A stretch of DNA of 64,000 bases, taken from Clostridiales bacterium (GTDB lineage Bacteria; Bacillota; Clostridia; Christensenellales; CAG-138). The stretch covers positions 451 through 64,450 of the forward strand of contig SFNQ01000008.1 in NCBI GenBank assembly GCA_004554165.1, written 5' to 3'. Under the pieces are notes generated by a model. It saw nothing but the letters and a program-made list of their open reading frames with translations. It was not told where the DNA came from and made no database searches. Shown in pieces: positions 19,402 to 28,379 of the stretch. How positions within the stretch are numbered: the first letter of the stretch is position 1; each line of letters opens with the position of its first letter. Position numbers and translations under genes: made by a program.

Positions 19402-19443
19402 ATTTTACGGCAATCTACAAATAAAATATGTTGTAAATACAAC
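19402..19443 (-). promoter_or_regulatory. dfx promoter: -10 TAAAAT (19402-19407) with a 14-bp palindrome GTTGTAAATACAAC (19430-19443) in place of a -35
   Basis: The palindrome is perfect (6-bp arms). There are 22 nt between it and the -10 hexamer, so its centre is at -41.5 if the TSS is 7 nt past the -10. Confidence 0.45.
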
Positions 19444-19799
19444 GATAAAGAATATATTTTATGCCATGCCGTCCCGCTGCCCAAATCCAGATTGTCCGAA
19501 AGGGCGCTGGCGTCAAGCGTCGGTACCGCCCTTGCACCCGCCGCCTTCGCAGGGCGCCGCCGGCTCGCTCTGTGAAACGCAGGCGCAGGCATGCCTGTTT
19601 TTTTCTGCCGGAGGGATTGCCTGCCCGGCTGGAATCCCCGTCCCGGCCCCTTCCCCTCTGTCCCGCGGCAGTCCCCTGGGCCCCGTTTTCATGCACAGCG
19701 CAGTGCCCGGCAAGAGAGGCGGAGCATTTTGCGGCACGCGGATTTCGGTTGAACGCCGCCGTACTGCGGAGAACCCCCGCGTTTTCTTCAGACCCGGTT

Positions 19800-20831
19800 T
19801 TATCCGGCTTTTCGCAGACGCTTGATCCATAAGCGGAGGCGGGCGGGCACATAGCGGTTCAGAAAATACACGCCGTAGGCGTAAAGGCTGCGCCTGCGAA
19901 ACAGCGGCCGGTTTTCTGCCGTCGCTGCATAGTCCGCCCTGTCAATCCTCCGGTAAAAGGCCCGCCTGCGCCCCGCCAGCCGCGCCCGTTCCGCAAGGGG
20001 CAGGCGCCAGAACAGATTTACCGCAGCGGTCTGGAGCGTGGCAAGATACGCCGCGATGGTTTGCCGCACGGAATGCCGCTGCTCCTGCGCGAGCCGCTGC
20101 TCAATCTGCTCATAGACGAACAGCAGGCTTTCGTAATGCCGGCGGGAAACCCGCCCCGTCATGATGGAATCCCCGCGAATTCGATAAAAATACAGCGGCT
20201 CCGGAAGGTAGGCCGTTATCCCCGCATCAAGAAAGGCCGTAAAGGTAAAAAGCACATCCTCGTACACAATATCCGGGCAAAAGCGCCGGTTCCCGAGAAA
20301 GCCACGGCGAAAAAAAAGATAGGGCACGGGCGTCATGAACTCCCCGTTTTGAAGCAGCTCCCCCAGCATTTCCGCGCCCGGTTTTGGCGAGGGGTACGCC
20401 CCCTTTCGCACATGCGCCAGCGCCCGCTCATGCGCCGCGCCATCCTCCCGGATGAGCCGGGCATTGAAAAACACCAGCTCCGCGCCGCTCTCCTCCGCCG
20501 CCGCAACAAGACGCTCCAGCGCATCCGGCCGCAGCATATCGTCGCTGTCGAGAAAATAAACATAGTCTCCCCCCGCCAGCGCCAGTCCCGCATTGCGCGC
20601 GCGCGACAGGCCGCCATTCTGCTGATGCACAGCGCGCACACGGCCATCCTGCGCCGCGTAATCATCGCACAGGGCAGGGCAGCCGTCCGGGGAGCCGTCG
20701 TCGATCAGGAGGATTTCCAGGTTTTCGTAGGTCTGCCCCAGCAGGCTCTCCATACAGGCCGGCAAAAACCGTTCCACACGATACACCGGCACGACCACGC
20801 TGACCAGCGGCTTTCCATCCCTCATTGGCAA
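19800..20831 (-). CDS. Family 2 glycosyltransferase
   Basis: 343 aa. VSVVVPVYRVERFL, EILLIDDGSPDG and YFLDSDD (DxD) are classic GT-A/GT2 features. Confidence 0.9.
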   Translation of the reverse strand: MPMRDGKPLVSVVVPVYRVERFLPACMESLLGQTYENLEILLIDDGSPDGCPALCDDYAAQDGRVRAVHQQNGGLSRARNAGLALAGGDYVYFLDSDDMLRPDALERLVAAAEESGAELVFFNARLIREDGAAHERALAHVRKGAYPSPKPGAEMLGELLQNGEFMTPVPYLFFRRGFLGNRRFCPDIVYEDVLFTFTAFLDAGITAYLPEPLYFYRIRGDSIMTGRVSRRHYESLLFVYEQIEQRLAQEQRHSVRQTIAAYLATLQTAAVNLFWRLPLAERARLAGRRRAFYRRIDRADYAATAENRPLFRRRSLYAYGVYFLNRYVPARLRLWIKRLRKAG

Positions 20832-22084
20832 TCCCCCCCGGCGTTTTTTTCACAGACCCGCCCATACAGGCGCGCAAACAGCGCCCGGTACTGCCGCCGC
20901 ACAACGCTCTCGCTGTTGCGCGCCATAACCCGGGCGTAATTCTCCCCAACCCGCGCTTCGATCTCCGGGCCGCCGCCAAGCGCCGCCTCAATGGCCGCCG
21001 CAAAGCCCGCCACATCGCCGTTTGCAATGAGAAGCGAATTCTCTCCGTCCGCAAACTCCCGCACGGCGTCAAAGGCCGTGGTGATTACGGGAACGCGGCA
21101 GGCGCCGGCCTCATAGATGGGGCGAAGCTGATGGGGCCTGGTGGAGGGCGCCAGCAGCGCATCCGCCGCCGCATAGCAGAGCCCGATGTCCTGCTGTACC
21201 GGCAGAACGCAGACCCGTCCCGCCACAGCCAGCGCCCGGTATCGCCTCCGGCAGCGTCTCAGATAGGGCAGACGGAAAAGCCGCCGCAGACGCGCCCTGC
21301 ACCCCGCCGGTACGGGCGGATCGGCAAGCAGCGCCTCCCCGCCCACGAACACCAGCGCGGCGTCCTCCCGGGATACCCGCGCCATGGCGGAAAGGGCCAC
21401 ATGCGCGCCCTTGAGCTTCGACATGCCGCCGACATAGAGCACAAGCGCCCTGTCCTGCGGAAGCCCCAGGGCCCGCCTGGCCTCGCTGCGGGACGGCAGC
21501 GCCGCATAGCGCCCATCGTCAAAGCTGTCGTACACCACCGCTTTCTCGCAGGCAAGCGCGGCGTTCTGCATAAGATCATGATTGCTGATAAAGCAGACCA
21601 GATCGAAATACCGCGACAGCTGCCGGCGGATGATTGCGTTGCGCACGCCCAGCCACTCCCGGGCGTAGGTCTCGCGGAAAAAGCAGACCGCAGCCATGCC
21701 CCGGGCCTTTGCCAGCCTGCCGATCCAGAACAGCGTCATGGAATTGACCACCACCACATCCGGCCGTTCCCGCTCCAGCAGGGCTTCGATCTTCGGCCGG
21801 TCGCGCAGCACCAGCAGCAGCGTTTGCAGCGACCGGCGGGACAGCAGCGGCTTTTCCGCGCCGGAATAGTGCGCATAGATCGCAGGCGAGCTCCCCCCCT
21901 CGAGTACGCGCAGGCCAAGCCCGCCAAACAGCTCCGCCATCTCGCGAGAATCCGAAGTATGGCAATATACCGTGATGTCAAACAGCTCCCGGGGAATGGC
22001 GCGCAGCGCCTGCAGGGCGCTGAGCCCCGCGCCGCCGATGGTTCCGCAATGGTGCAGAAACAGGAGCTTTTTCTTTTCTGCCAC
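20822..22084 (-). CDS. GT-B fold glycosyltransferase (GT4-like)
   Basis: 420 aa. The C-terminal half has PSTRPHQLRPIYEAGACRVPVITT in the position of the E-x7-E-type donor-binding region. 10-nt overlap with the GT2 gene. Confidence 0.8.
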   Translation of the reverse strand: MAEKKKLLFLHHCGTIGGAGLSALQALRAIPRELFDITVYCHTSDSREMAELFGGLGLRVLEGGSSPAIYAHYSGAEKPLLSRRSLQTLLLVLRDRPKIEALLERERPDVVVVNSMTLFWIGRLAKARGMAAVCFFRETYAREWLGVRNAIIRRQLSRYFDLVCFISNHDLMQNAALACEKAVVYDSFDDGRYAALPSRSEARRALGLPQDRALVLYVGGMSKLKGAHVALSAMARVSREDAALVFVGGEALLADPPVPAGCRARLRRLFRLPYLRRCRRRYRALAVAGRVCVLPVQQDIGLCYAAADALLAPSTRPHQLRPIYEAGACRVPVITTAFDAVREFADGENSLLIANGDVAGFAAAIEAALGGGPEIEARVGENYARVMARNSESVVRRQYRALFARLYGRVCEKNAGGDCQ

Positions 22085-22357
22085 GGATGGTCCTCCTTCC
22101 GCCGGGCCGATCCGGCTGTTTCACGGGAAATTTTCTGCTGCCGCCGGAAAAACGCGGACTGCCGAAACAGCCGCGGCTGAATTCTTTTCTTTGCAAATCC
22201 GTCGGCCCCCGGGGGCTTCGGCATCGGGTCTTTTTGCCGCCTGCGGGCCGCCTGCCGCGGCAATTCCTGCGCAGGGAGCCGGCAGTATGGGGCCGCATTG
22301 CACCCCCCGGCGGAAAAGCCGTATTCCCCGCCGGGGTGGGGCCTCGTGCTTTTTTCT

Positions 22358-22385
22358 TTGCATGCCTGCCATTTTGCGGTATACT
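22358..22385 (+). promoter_or_regulatory. SigA-type promoter of the Crp/Fnr gene
   Basis: TTGCAT-16 nt-TATACT. Confidence 0.55.
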
Positions 22386-22398
22386 GTAAGCGTTATCC

Positions 22399-22414
22399 CG
22401 TTGCAAATGCAACG
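22399..22414. promoter_or_regulatory. 16-bp perfect palindrome CGTTGCAAATGCAACG in the Crp/Fnr 5' UTR (candidate operator)
   Basis: Lies between the -10 (22380-22385) and the RBS (AGGGAGG 22416-22422). The core GTTGCAAATGCAAC differs from the dfx palindrome only at one symmetric position pair. Confidence 0.45.
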
Positions 22415-22430
22415 CAGGGAGGTCAGGCAC

Positions 22431-23111
22431 ATGCAAAACGTTCCCCAGGCGGCGCTGCGCTGCCCGCTGTTTGAACACATTGCGCCGGAGCGCGTCTCCG
22501 GCATGCTGGGCTGCCTTCACGCAAGGCAGGCGAGCTATAAAAAAAACCGCTATGTTTACCGCAGCGGCGACGCAGGCCGCTGTGTGGGTCTGGTGCTCTC
22601 CGGCAGCGTATGCACCATCCGCGAGGACTATTTCGGCAGGCGCAGCATCATCTCCCGCATCGGGGAAAGCGGGCTGTTTGGGGAGGCCTTCGCCAGCATG
22701 CACACCGAGACAATCCCGCTGGACGTCATTGCAAACGAGGACTGCGAGGTGCTCTTTCTCGACTACCGCCGGATGCTCACCGCCTGCGGCAAGGCCTGCG
22801 CTCACCATGCCCGGCTCATCGAGAACACCGTGGATATCCTCGCGGAGCACAATCTGCTGCTCACAAGAAAGATCGAGCACATCACGCGGCGCACAACCCG
22901 GGAAAAGCTCCTCTCCTACCTCAACGAGCAGGCGCAGTTGCAGGGCGGGGACGAGTTTATCATCCCCTTCAACCGCGAGCAGCTTGCAGACTACCTCTGC
23001 GTCGAGCGCAGCGCCATGAGCGCGGAGCTGTCTCGCATGCGCCGGGACGGACTGATTGCATTTGAGCGCAACCGCTTCCGGCTCCTGCCCGCCGCGCGGG
23101 AGGCCTTCTGA
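22431..23111 (+). CDS. Crp/Fnr-family transcriptional regulator
   Basis: Start at ATG 22431, 8 nt after AGGGAGG, and the upstream part of the track ORF is non-coding. Has a cNMP-binding-like beta-barrel (LFEHI...YRSGD...GLFGE) and a C-terminal HTH (REQLADYLCVERSAMSAELSRMRRDGLI). Contains a CGKAC pair (C-x3-C). Confidence 0.9.
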   Translation: MQNVPQAALRCPLFEHIAPERVSGMLGCLHARQASYKKNRYVYRSGDAGRCVGLVLSGSVCTIREDYFGRRSIISRIGESGLFGEAFASMHTETIPLDVIANEDCEVLFLDYRRMLTACGKACAHHARLIENTVDILAEHNLLLTRKIEHITRRTTREKLLSYLNEQAQLQGGDEFIIPFNREQLADYLCVERSAMSAELSRMRRDGLIAFERNRFRLLPAAREAF

Positions 23112-23147
23112 GCCGGCGTTGCTATCTTCCGCGCGGAGCCTTTTCCG

Positions 23148-24317
23148 CTACTTTTTCGCGGCCTCGGAAAGAAAGCGCTCCATGTCGGCCAGATAGCAGC
23201 GCACATCAAAGGCCCGCTCCGCCAGGTCGCGCGCCGCGCGGCGCAGGCGGAGAATCTCCTCCCCGGGCAAGGCTGCGGCGCGCAGCAGCGCTGCCCGCAC
23301 CGCATCCACGCCCTCATCCGCTGCAATCAGGGCGTTTTCCCCATCCACAAGATACTCCGAAAGATCCGAGGACAGGTTGCAGAGCATGGCCACGCCATGC
23401 GCCATGGCTTCCACCACCTTGGTAGGAAAGCCCGCCTTTGCATAGCGCTCCTGCGCCGGGCGCAGCAGCACGGAAAAATCCATCTCCTTCAGCAGCCGCG
23501 AAACCTCCCCGTGCGGCAGGCGGCCATAGGCCGTGAGCGTATCCGAAAGCGCGGCAAGCCGCGTTTTGTCCAGGCCGCAGTGCGCCGCAAGCTGTGCCGG
23601 ATCCAGCCCGATGATATGCACGCGCAGCCGCGCCCGCGCAGGCTCCGGCAGCGACAGAAGCGCCAGCAGCAGCGGCCGCAGGCTGTCCTTGCCGCCGGGC
23701 GATCCGGCATAAACCAGGTTGACCCGATCTCCATTTTCCCCAACGGACCCATCGATCTGACGCATATCGAGAATGACCGGGACGCGCAGCACAGCCATGC
23801 CGCGGCCGGAAAAATAATCCGCAAGATAACGGCTGATTGCGATCACCCGGGCGGGCGGCCGGAGCAGCCGGCGGTTCTGGTGGTCGTTCATCAGATACAC
23901 GCGGCTCCACTTCCCCAGGCGAAACTCACAGGGCGAGTACCATTCGCAGGCGTTATAGAGCAGGGGAATGTCCCGGCAGGCTGCATAGCGCTGCACAAAG
24001 CGCACGATCCGATTGTCGTCATGCCCCAAATAGATGACGTCTGGCGCGCCGAATCGGGCAAGATAGCGCCGGAACGCCCGCCGGAAATCCGCCGCCGCGG
24101 TCAGCCAGTTCCAGACCTTGTGCAGCTTGCTGCGGCTTTCGCGGTACAGGCTTTCATATCCAGTGCCGCGGTACTCCCCCGCCGCGCTCTGCCTGCCGCG
24201 GGACAGGGCGTATACGGAATAGCCCAGCGCCTGAAAAAGCTGGGAAAAGGCGTCGTCCCGCAGGGCGCCGGCATCCTCTGCTGGAAAGTTGTTGGGCGTT
24301 ATGATGATCAGTTTCAT
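23148..24317 (-). CDS. GT-B fold glycosyltransferase (GT4-like)
   Basis: 389 aa. C-terminal GFPTKVVEAMAHGVAML is a GT4-type E-x7-E region. 4-nt overlap with the upstream gene. Confidence 0.8.
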   Translation of the reverse strand: MKLIIITPNNFPAEDAGALRDDAFSQLFQALGYSVYALSRGRQSAAGEYRGTGYESLYRESRSKLHKVWNWLTAAADFRRAFRRYLARFGAPDVIYLGHDDNRIVRFVQRYAACRDIPLLYNACEWYSPCEFRLGKWSRVYLMNDHQNRRLLRPPARVIAISRYLADYFSGRGMAVLRVPVILDMRQIDGSVGENGDRVNLVYAGSPGGKDSLRPLLLALLSLPEPARARLRVHIIGLDPAQLAAHCGLDKTRLAALSDTLTAYGRLPHGEVSRLLKEMDFSVLLRPAQERYAKAGFPTKVVEAMAHGVAMLCNLSSDLSEYLVDGENALIAADEGVDAVRAALLRAAALPGEEILRLRRAARDLAERAFDVRCYLADMERFLSEAAKK

Positions 24318-25522
24318 TCCGGATTCCTCCGCCGCTTTGCAAGCGCGGCCAGCTTTTGATAGAATTCCGTCCGCCGCTGCGAAAGCAGGTCATGCCGGAA
24401 GGCCTGTGCGCGCGCCAGATTTTCGCGGCTCTTCCTTTCCAGTATCTGCGGCTCCGACAGCCAGGCGGAAAGCGTCCCTGCAAAACCCTCCACATCCTTC
24501 GGATCGGCAACGAGGCAGTCCGCCTCCAGCAGCTCCGGCATCCCGCCCACGGGCGTGGACAGGCAGGGCAGCCCTGCGGCCATCGCCTCAATCACGCCCC
24601 GCGGCAGGCCCTCCGCCTGCGTTGGCAGCACATAGATGTCCGCCGCCCTGAGCTCCGCCATTACCTGCGTCCGCGAGGGCAACAGCCCTGTAAAGCGCAC
24701 CGCATCCGAAAGGCCGCGCTCCGCCGCCTCCCGCTCGAACGCGGCGCGCAGCGCGCCGTCGCCCACAAAAACGCCGCGCACGTCAAAGCCCCGGCCGCGC
24801 AGCCGCTCCAGAGCCGCAAGCAGAACCCGCTCTCCCTTCCGCTCGGAATTCATCGCGGCGTTGGTGAGGATAAGCGTAAACCGCGTCTGCCCCGCAAAGT
24901 CCCTCGGCGCGCCAAAATCCCCGTCCGAAAGCTCGATGTCCGAACAGGCGCAGTCAAAATACGATTCCGACGCGCCATGCAGCATGGCCTGCGAAGGATA
25001 ATGCTTCTGGATCGCCTCGCGCGTCACATAGCACACGCCGTTGGCCCTGCGGCAGATGCGCGCAAGCGTGCGCGACATCAGGCGGTACAGCGTTGTCTGA
25101 ATCAGGCCCTCGTCCGTGTTCTGTAAAAACCCCGTAAAGTCGGATACCACCTCCGCCCCCACCGGCAAGCCCTTCGGCAGATGGGAAAAGGTCATGTGCG
25201 CGGTCTGCCCCGGAACGCGGAGCATGGCCGCGTCGCAGTCCTCCGCCGCGCCGCGCAGCCGGCGGTGTATCGAAAGATATTTGGGCAGCAGCTGCTTCGG
25301 CCCCTGGAAAAAGGGAATCCCAAACACCGACACGCCCGGTCCGTCCACGCGGAGCCAGCCCGCCTCCGCAGCCGGAACAGCCTTCTCCCGTGCGACCACG
25401 CGCACCTGATCAAAGGCCATGCGGTAGCGGCAGAAATAATCGTAGCCATACAGCGTACTGCAATACGCCGCGCCGTCCGGCGTACGGTAGATATGTGCAT
25501 CCGTGGCAACAAGAAGTCTCAT
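24314..25522 (-). CDS. GT-B fold glycosyltransferase (GT4-like)
   Basis: 402 aa. YVLPTQAEGLPRGVIEAMAAGLPCLST is a GT4 signature. Confidence 0.85.
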   Translation of the reverse strand: MRLLVATDAHIYRTPDGAAYCSTLYGYDYFCRYRMAFDQVRVVAREKAVPAAEAGWLRVDGPGVSVFGIPFFQGPKQLLPKYLSIHRRLRGAAEDCDAAMLRVPGQTAHMTFSHLPKGLPVGAEVVSDFTGFLQNTDEGLIQTTLYRLMSRTLARICRRANGVCYVTREAIQKHYPSQAMLHGASESYFDCACSDIELSDGDFGAPRDFAGQTRFTLILTNAAMNSERKGERVLLAALERLRGRGFDVRGVFVGDGALRAAFEREAAERGLSDAVRFTGLLPSRTQVMAELRAADIYVLPTQAEGLPRGVIEAMAAGLPCLSTPVGGMPELLEADCLVADPKDVEGFAGTLSAWLSEPQILERKSRENLARAQAFRHDLLSQRRTEFYQKLAALAKRRRNPE

Positions 25523-26775
25523 CGTTCTCCTTCTCCCTCCGGCGCACCGCCGGCCGGCCGCTGCGCCAGCGCCGCCATTTGCTCAAGGAGCGCGTCCATA
25601 TGGCGCCCTTTGGTAAAATGCGCCCCGAAATACGCCCGGCCGTTTTCTCCGCAGCCGGCATAGCGTTGGGGCTGCGTGATAAACTCCCGCATGATTTCGG
25701 CAAGCCCAGCGCTGTCCCCGCTTGCCGCGCAGGCGCCGCAGCGGGCCTGCCGGATAAGATCGGCCGCAGGGCCGTCGATGGCGGCGAGGACGGGTTTGCC
25801 CGCGGCCATATAGCCCTGCAGCTTTGAGGGCACCGTCAGCCCCACCAGCGAATCGCCGGACAGGGTCAGAAGGCATGCGTCCGCAAGGCGGTAAAACGCC
25901 GGCATCTCCTCCACCGGCCGCCGTCCATGGAACAGGATGCGCCCGCCAAGGCCAAGGGACGCCGCAAGGCGCTTCGTCTCATCCAGCATGGAGCCGTCGC
26001 CAACGATATGCAGCCGCCAGTCCGGCAGGTCGCAAATCTCCCGCGCCGCCCGCAGCAGGCAGGGCATGTCCTGCGCCACGCCCACATTCCCCAGAAAAAC
26101 AAAATCCGTAAGGCCGTTCTCCTCTGCCGACGTTTCCGACAGACAGGGCTCCGGCGCAAACTGCGGGAGTACGCTGAGGCGCTCCGGCCCAATTCCATGC
26201 ACCCGCTCAAAATAGGGCAGAAAGGCTTGGGACTGCACGGCGATATGGTCGCAGGCGCGGTACAGCCGCGTACAGAACCGGCCAATCAGCCGGTAGAGCA
26301 GCGAGTCCCCGCTTCGCAGCAGAATCCTCACCGATTCAGGCCAGAGATCCAGGCAATAGAGCAGCAGCGGCTTTTTGAGCCTCTTTTTCAGCACCGCCGC
26401 AGGATAAGCCATGAACGCCGGGGAGAGCTGATAGCAGAAGATCAGATCCGCATCTGCCCGCAGCCGCCGCGCCCGCCATGCCGCAGAGAGCATGAAGCTG
26501 AAATAGTTCAGCGCCAGCCCCAGCGCGCCCCTTTTTCTGCCGATTTCAAAGCAGCGCAGCACATGCACGCCATGGAGCCATTCCTCCCGCCGCCTGCCGT
26601 GCCGGTATTCCTCCGGCACCACCCCGGAGGGATAGTTTGGCAGCCCCGTCAGCACCGTTACCCCGTGGCCCTCGCGCACAAGCTGCTCACATACCTCCGT
26701 CACAAGGAACTGCTCCGGATGATAATACTGACAGACGACGAGAATGTTCATGCGCTTTGCCCGCTCCCGATCCAC
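25519..26775 (-). CDS. GT-B fold glycosyltransferase, WcaI/WbuB-like (GT4)
   Basis: 418 aa from GTG 26775, though ATG 26751 (MNILVVCQYYHPE) is an equally plausible start. The N-terminal ILVVCQYYHPEQFLVTEV...LTGLPNYP pattern is typical of the WcaI-like subgroup. Confidence 0.8.
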   Translation of the reverse strand: MDRERAKRMNILVVCQYYHPEQFLVTEVCEQLVREGHGVTVLTGLPNYPSGVVPEEYRHGRRREEWLHGVHVLRCFEIGRKRGALGLALNYFSFMLSAAWRARRLRADADLIFCYQLSPAFMAYPAAVLKKRLKKPLLLYCLDLWPESVRILLRSGDSLLYRLIGRFCTRLYRACDHIAVQSQAFLPYFERVHGIGPERLSVLPQFAPEPCLSETSAEENGLTDFVFLGNVGVAQDMPCLLRAAREICDLPDWRLHIVGDGSMLDETKRLAASLGLGGRILFHGRRPVEEMPAFYRLADACLLTLSGDSLVGLTVPSKLQGYMAAGKPVLAAIDGPAADLIRQARCGACAASGDSAGLAEIMREFITQPQRYAGCGENGRAYFGAHFTKGRHMDALLEQMAALAQRPAGGAPEGEGER

Positions 26776-26871
26776 GGCAGAATATGCCGAAAAATATATG
26801 GTAACAGTGTAGCATAAAGCGTCCCCGGCCGCAACCGCAGCCGGGGAGCACGGGGTCCCGGGCCTTCCTGC

Positions 26872-27990
26872 TCAGAGCGCTTCGCCCGAAAGATATACCC
26901 GCTCAAGATTCATTTCCCCGTCGCACAGCAGCAGATCCGCCCGCCGTCCCACGGCGATTGCGCCCACATCCTCCAGTACGCCGAGAATTCTGGCCGGATT
27001 GAACGAAGCCGTGCGAAGCGCTTCCTCCAGCGGAATCCCCATGCCCGCAAGCCTGCGCACACAGTCCAGCATTGTGGCGGTTGAGCCCGCAATCGTGCCG
27101 TCGGCAAGTCTTGCAAGGCCGCCAGACAGGGTGACGCGCTGACCGCCAAGACAGAACTCGCCGCCCTCCATGCCGCAGAAGGCCAGCGCATCCGTAATCA
27201 GGCAGATTCGCTCCGGCCCGAAAATACGGAAGATTGCGCGGACCATGGCGGGGTGTACATGCAGGCCGTCGCCAATCAGCTCCACCATGACCTCGGGATG
27301 GTCCGCCGCGGCGCCGATCACGCCCGGCGCGCGATGCAGCAGCGGCGGCATGCCGTTGCACAGGTGCGTCACATGCCTCGCGCCCAGTTCAAAGGCGCGG
27401 CTTGCCGTTTCGTAATCCGCCTCGGTGTGCGCCACCGATACCACCACGCCCGCAGCCGCGGCCTCACGGATAAAGTCCTCCGCTCCCGGCAACTCCGGCG
27501 CAACGCAGGTGATCCGGATCATGCCATCCGCAGCCGCCTGTAAGCGCCGGAGCATCCCGATGCTGGGCGGCTGAAGAAAGTCCGGGTTCTGCGCGCCGCG
27601 CTTCGCCATGGAGAAAAAGGGGCCCTCCATGGTGATTCCCACGATATGCGCCGCCCCGGCAGGCGCCTCGTCGCGCAGACGCACCGCAGCGCGGTAGGCC
27701 CTGTTTAGCGCGGCTTCGGAAACCGTCATGGACGCCGGCGAGAAGCTGGTTGTGCCGTGCGCTGCCAGAAAGCGCGCCATGGTGCAGAGGCCCTCGTAGC
27801 CATCGTCGGAAAAATCCAGCCCGCTGTTGCCATGCAGGTGCAGGTCCACGAAGCCCGGCAGGAGAAGCCGTTTTCTCTCCCCGCAGTCCGGCTTTTCCCG
27901 CAGCGCCGCAATGCGGCCCTTCTCCACGGCCACATCGCCAAAATGAAAGCGGAAATCCTCGCCATAATAATGTACATTTTGAAATTCCAT
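26872..27990 (-). CDS. nagA: N-acetylglucosamine-6-phosphate deacetylase
   Basis: Start at MEFQNV (ATG 27990) with GGGAGGAAG upstream. GFVDLHLHG, ITMEGPF, VSVAHTEA and ITDAL are amidohydrolase/NagA motifs. Confidence 0.85.
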   Translation of the reverse strand: MEFQNVHYYGEDFRFHFGDVAVEKGRIAALREKPDCGERKRLLLPGFVDLHLHGNSGLDFSDDGYEGLCTMARFLAAHGTTSFSPASMTVSEAALNRAYRAAVRLRDEAPAGAAHIVGITMEGPFFSMAKRGAQNPDFLQPPSIGMLRRLQAAADGMIRITCVAPELPGAEDFIREAAAAGVVVSVAHTEADYETASRAFELGARHVTHLCNGMPPLLHRAPGVIGAAADHPEVMVELIGDGLHVHPAMVRAIFRIFGPERICLITDALAFCGMEGGEFCLGGQRVTLSGGLARLADGTIAGSTATMLDCVRRLAGMGIPLEEALRTASFNPARILGVLEDVGAIAVGRRADLLLCDGEMNLERVYLSGEAL

Positions 27991-28379
27991 GTGCTGCTTC
28001 CTCCCGCATCCGTTTCGCTTTTGTTTCATTATACACCTCTTTCCATGCTTTCGTCATCCTTCCTCCGGCCATTGGCAGCGGGTTTGTAAAAAACGGATTG
28101 CGCTGTTCGCGCAGGGCAGCCATCCATGGTTGCGCCTCTTGGGCAAAGCACTGCCCCTGACAGAAAAAGAAAAACTCTGCCGCAAAACCGGGCCGCATTG
28201 AACGCTCTCCGGTTTTCAGGCGACAGAGGATGGGAGGCAAGGCGGACAATTGCATCCGGCCAAACGCCTGCAGGAACCTGATTGGCAAACTCCGCACAGG
28301 GGAAGCTGCCGGACCGGCGCCGTCGATTGCGCCGGCAGCGCGATTGTCAAACGTCATGGCGGGCGCTTTCGGAACAGCC

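Noticed and set aside
19421-19462. 9-bp inverted repeat ATAAAATAT...ATATTTTAT flanking the dfx palindrome
   Set aside because: It is pure A/T sequence in an AT-rich promoter region, and it is not concentric with the inner palindrome. It is likely compositional.
21972-22430. N-terminal 153-codon extension of the Crp/Fnr ORF. The same issue applies to 37086-37439 for birA, 29797-29913 for ktrA and 53180-54307 for rluD.
   Set aside because: The extensions are Arg/Pro/Gly-rich and lack homology to the families. Each is followed by a well-placed SD plus start at the family-typical N-terminus.
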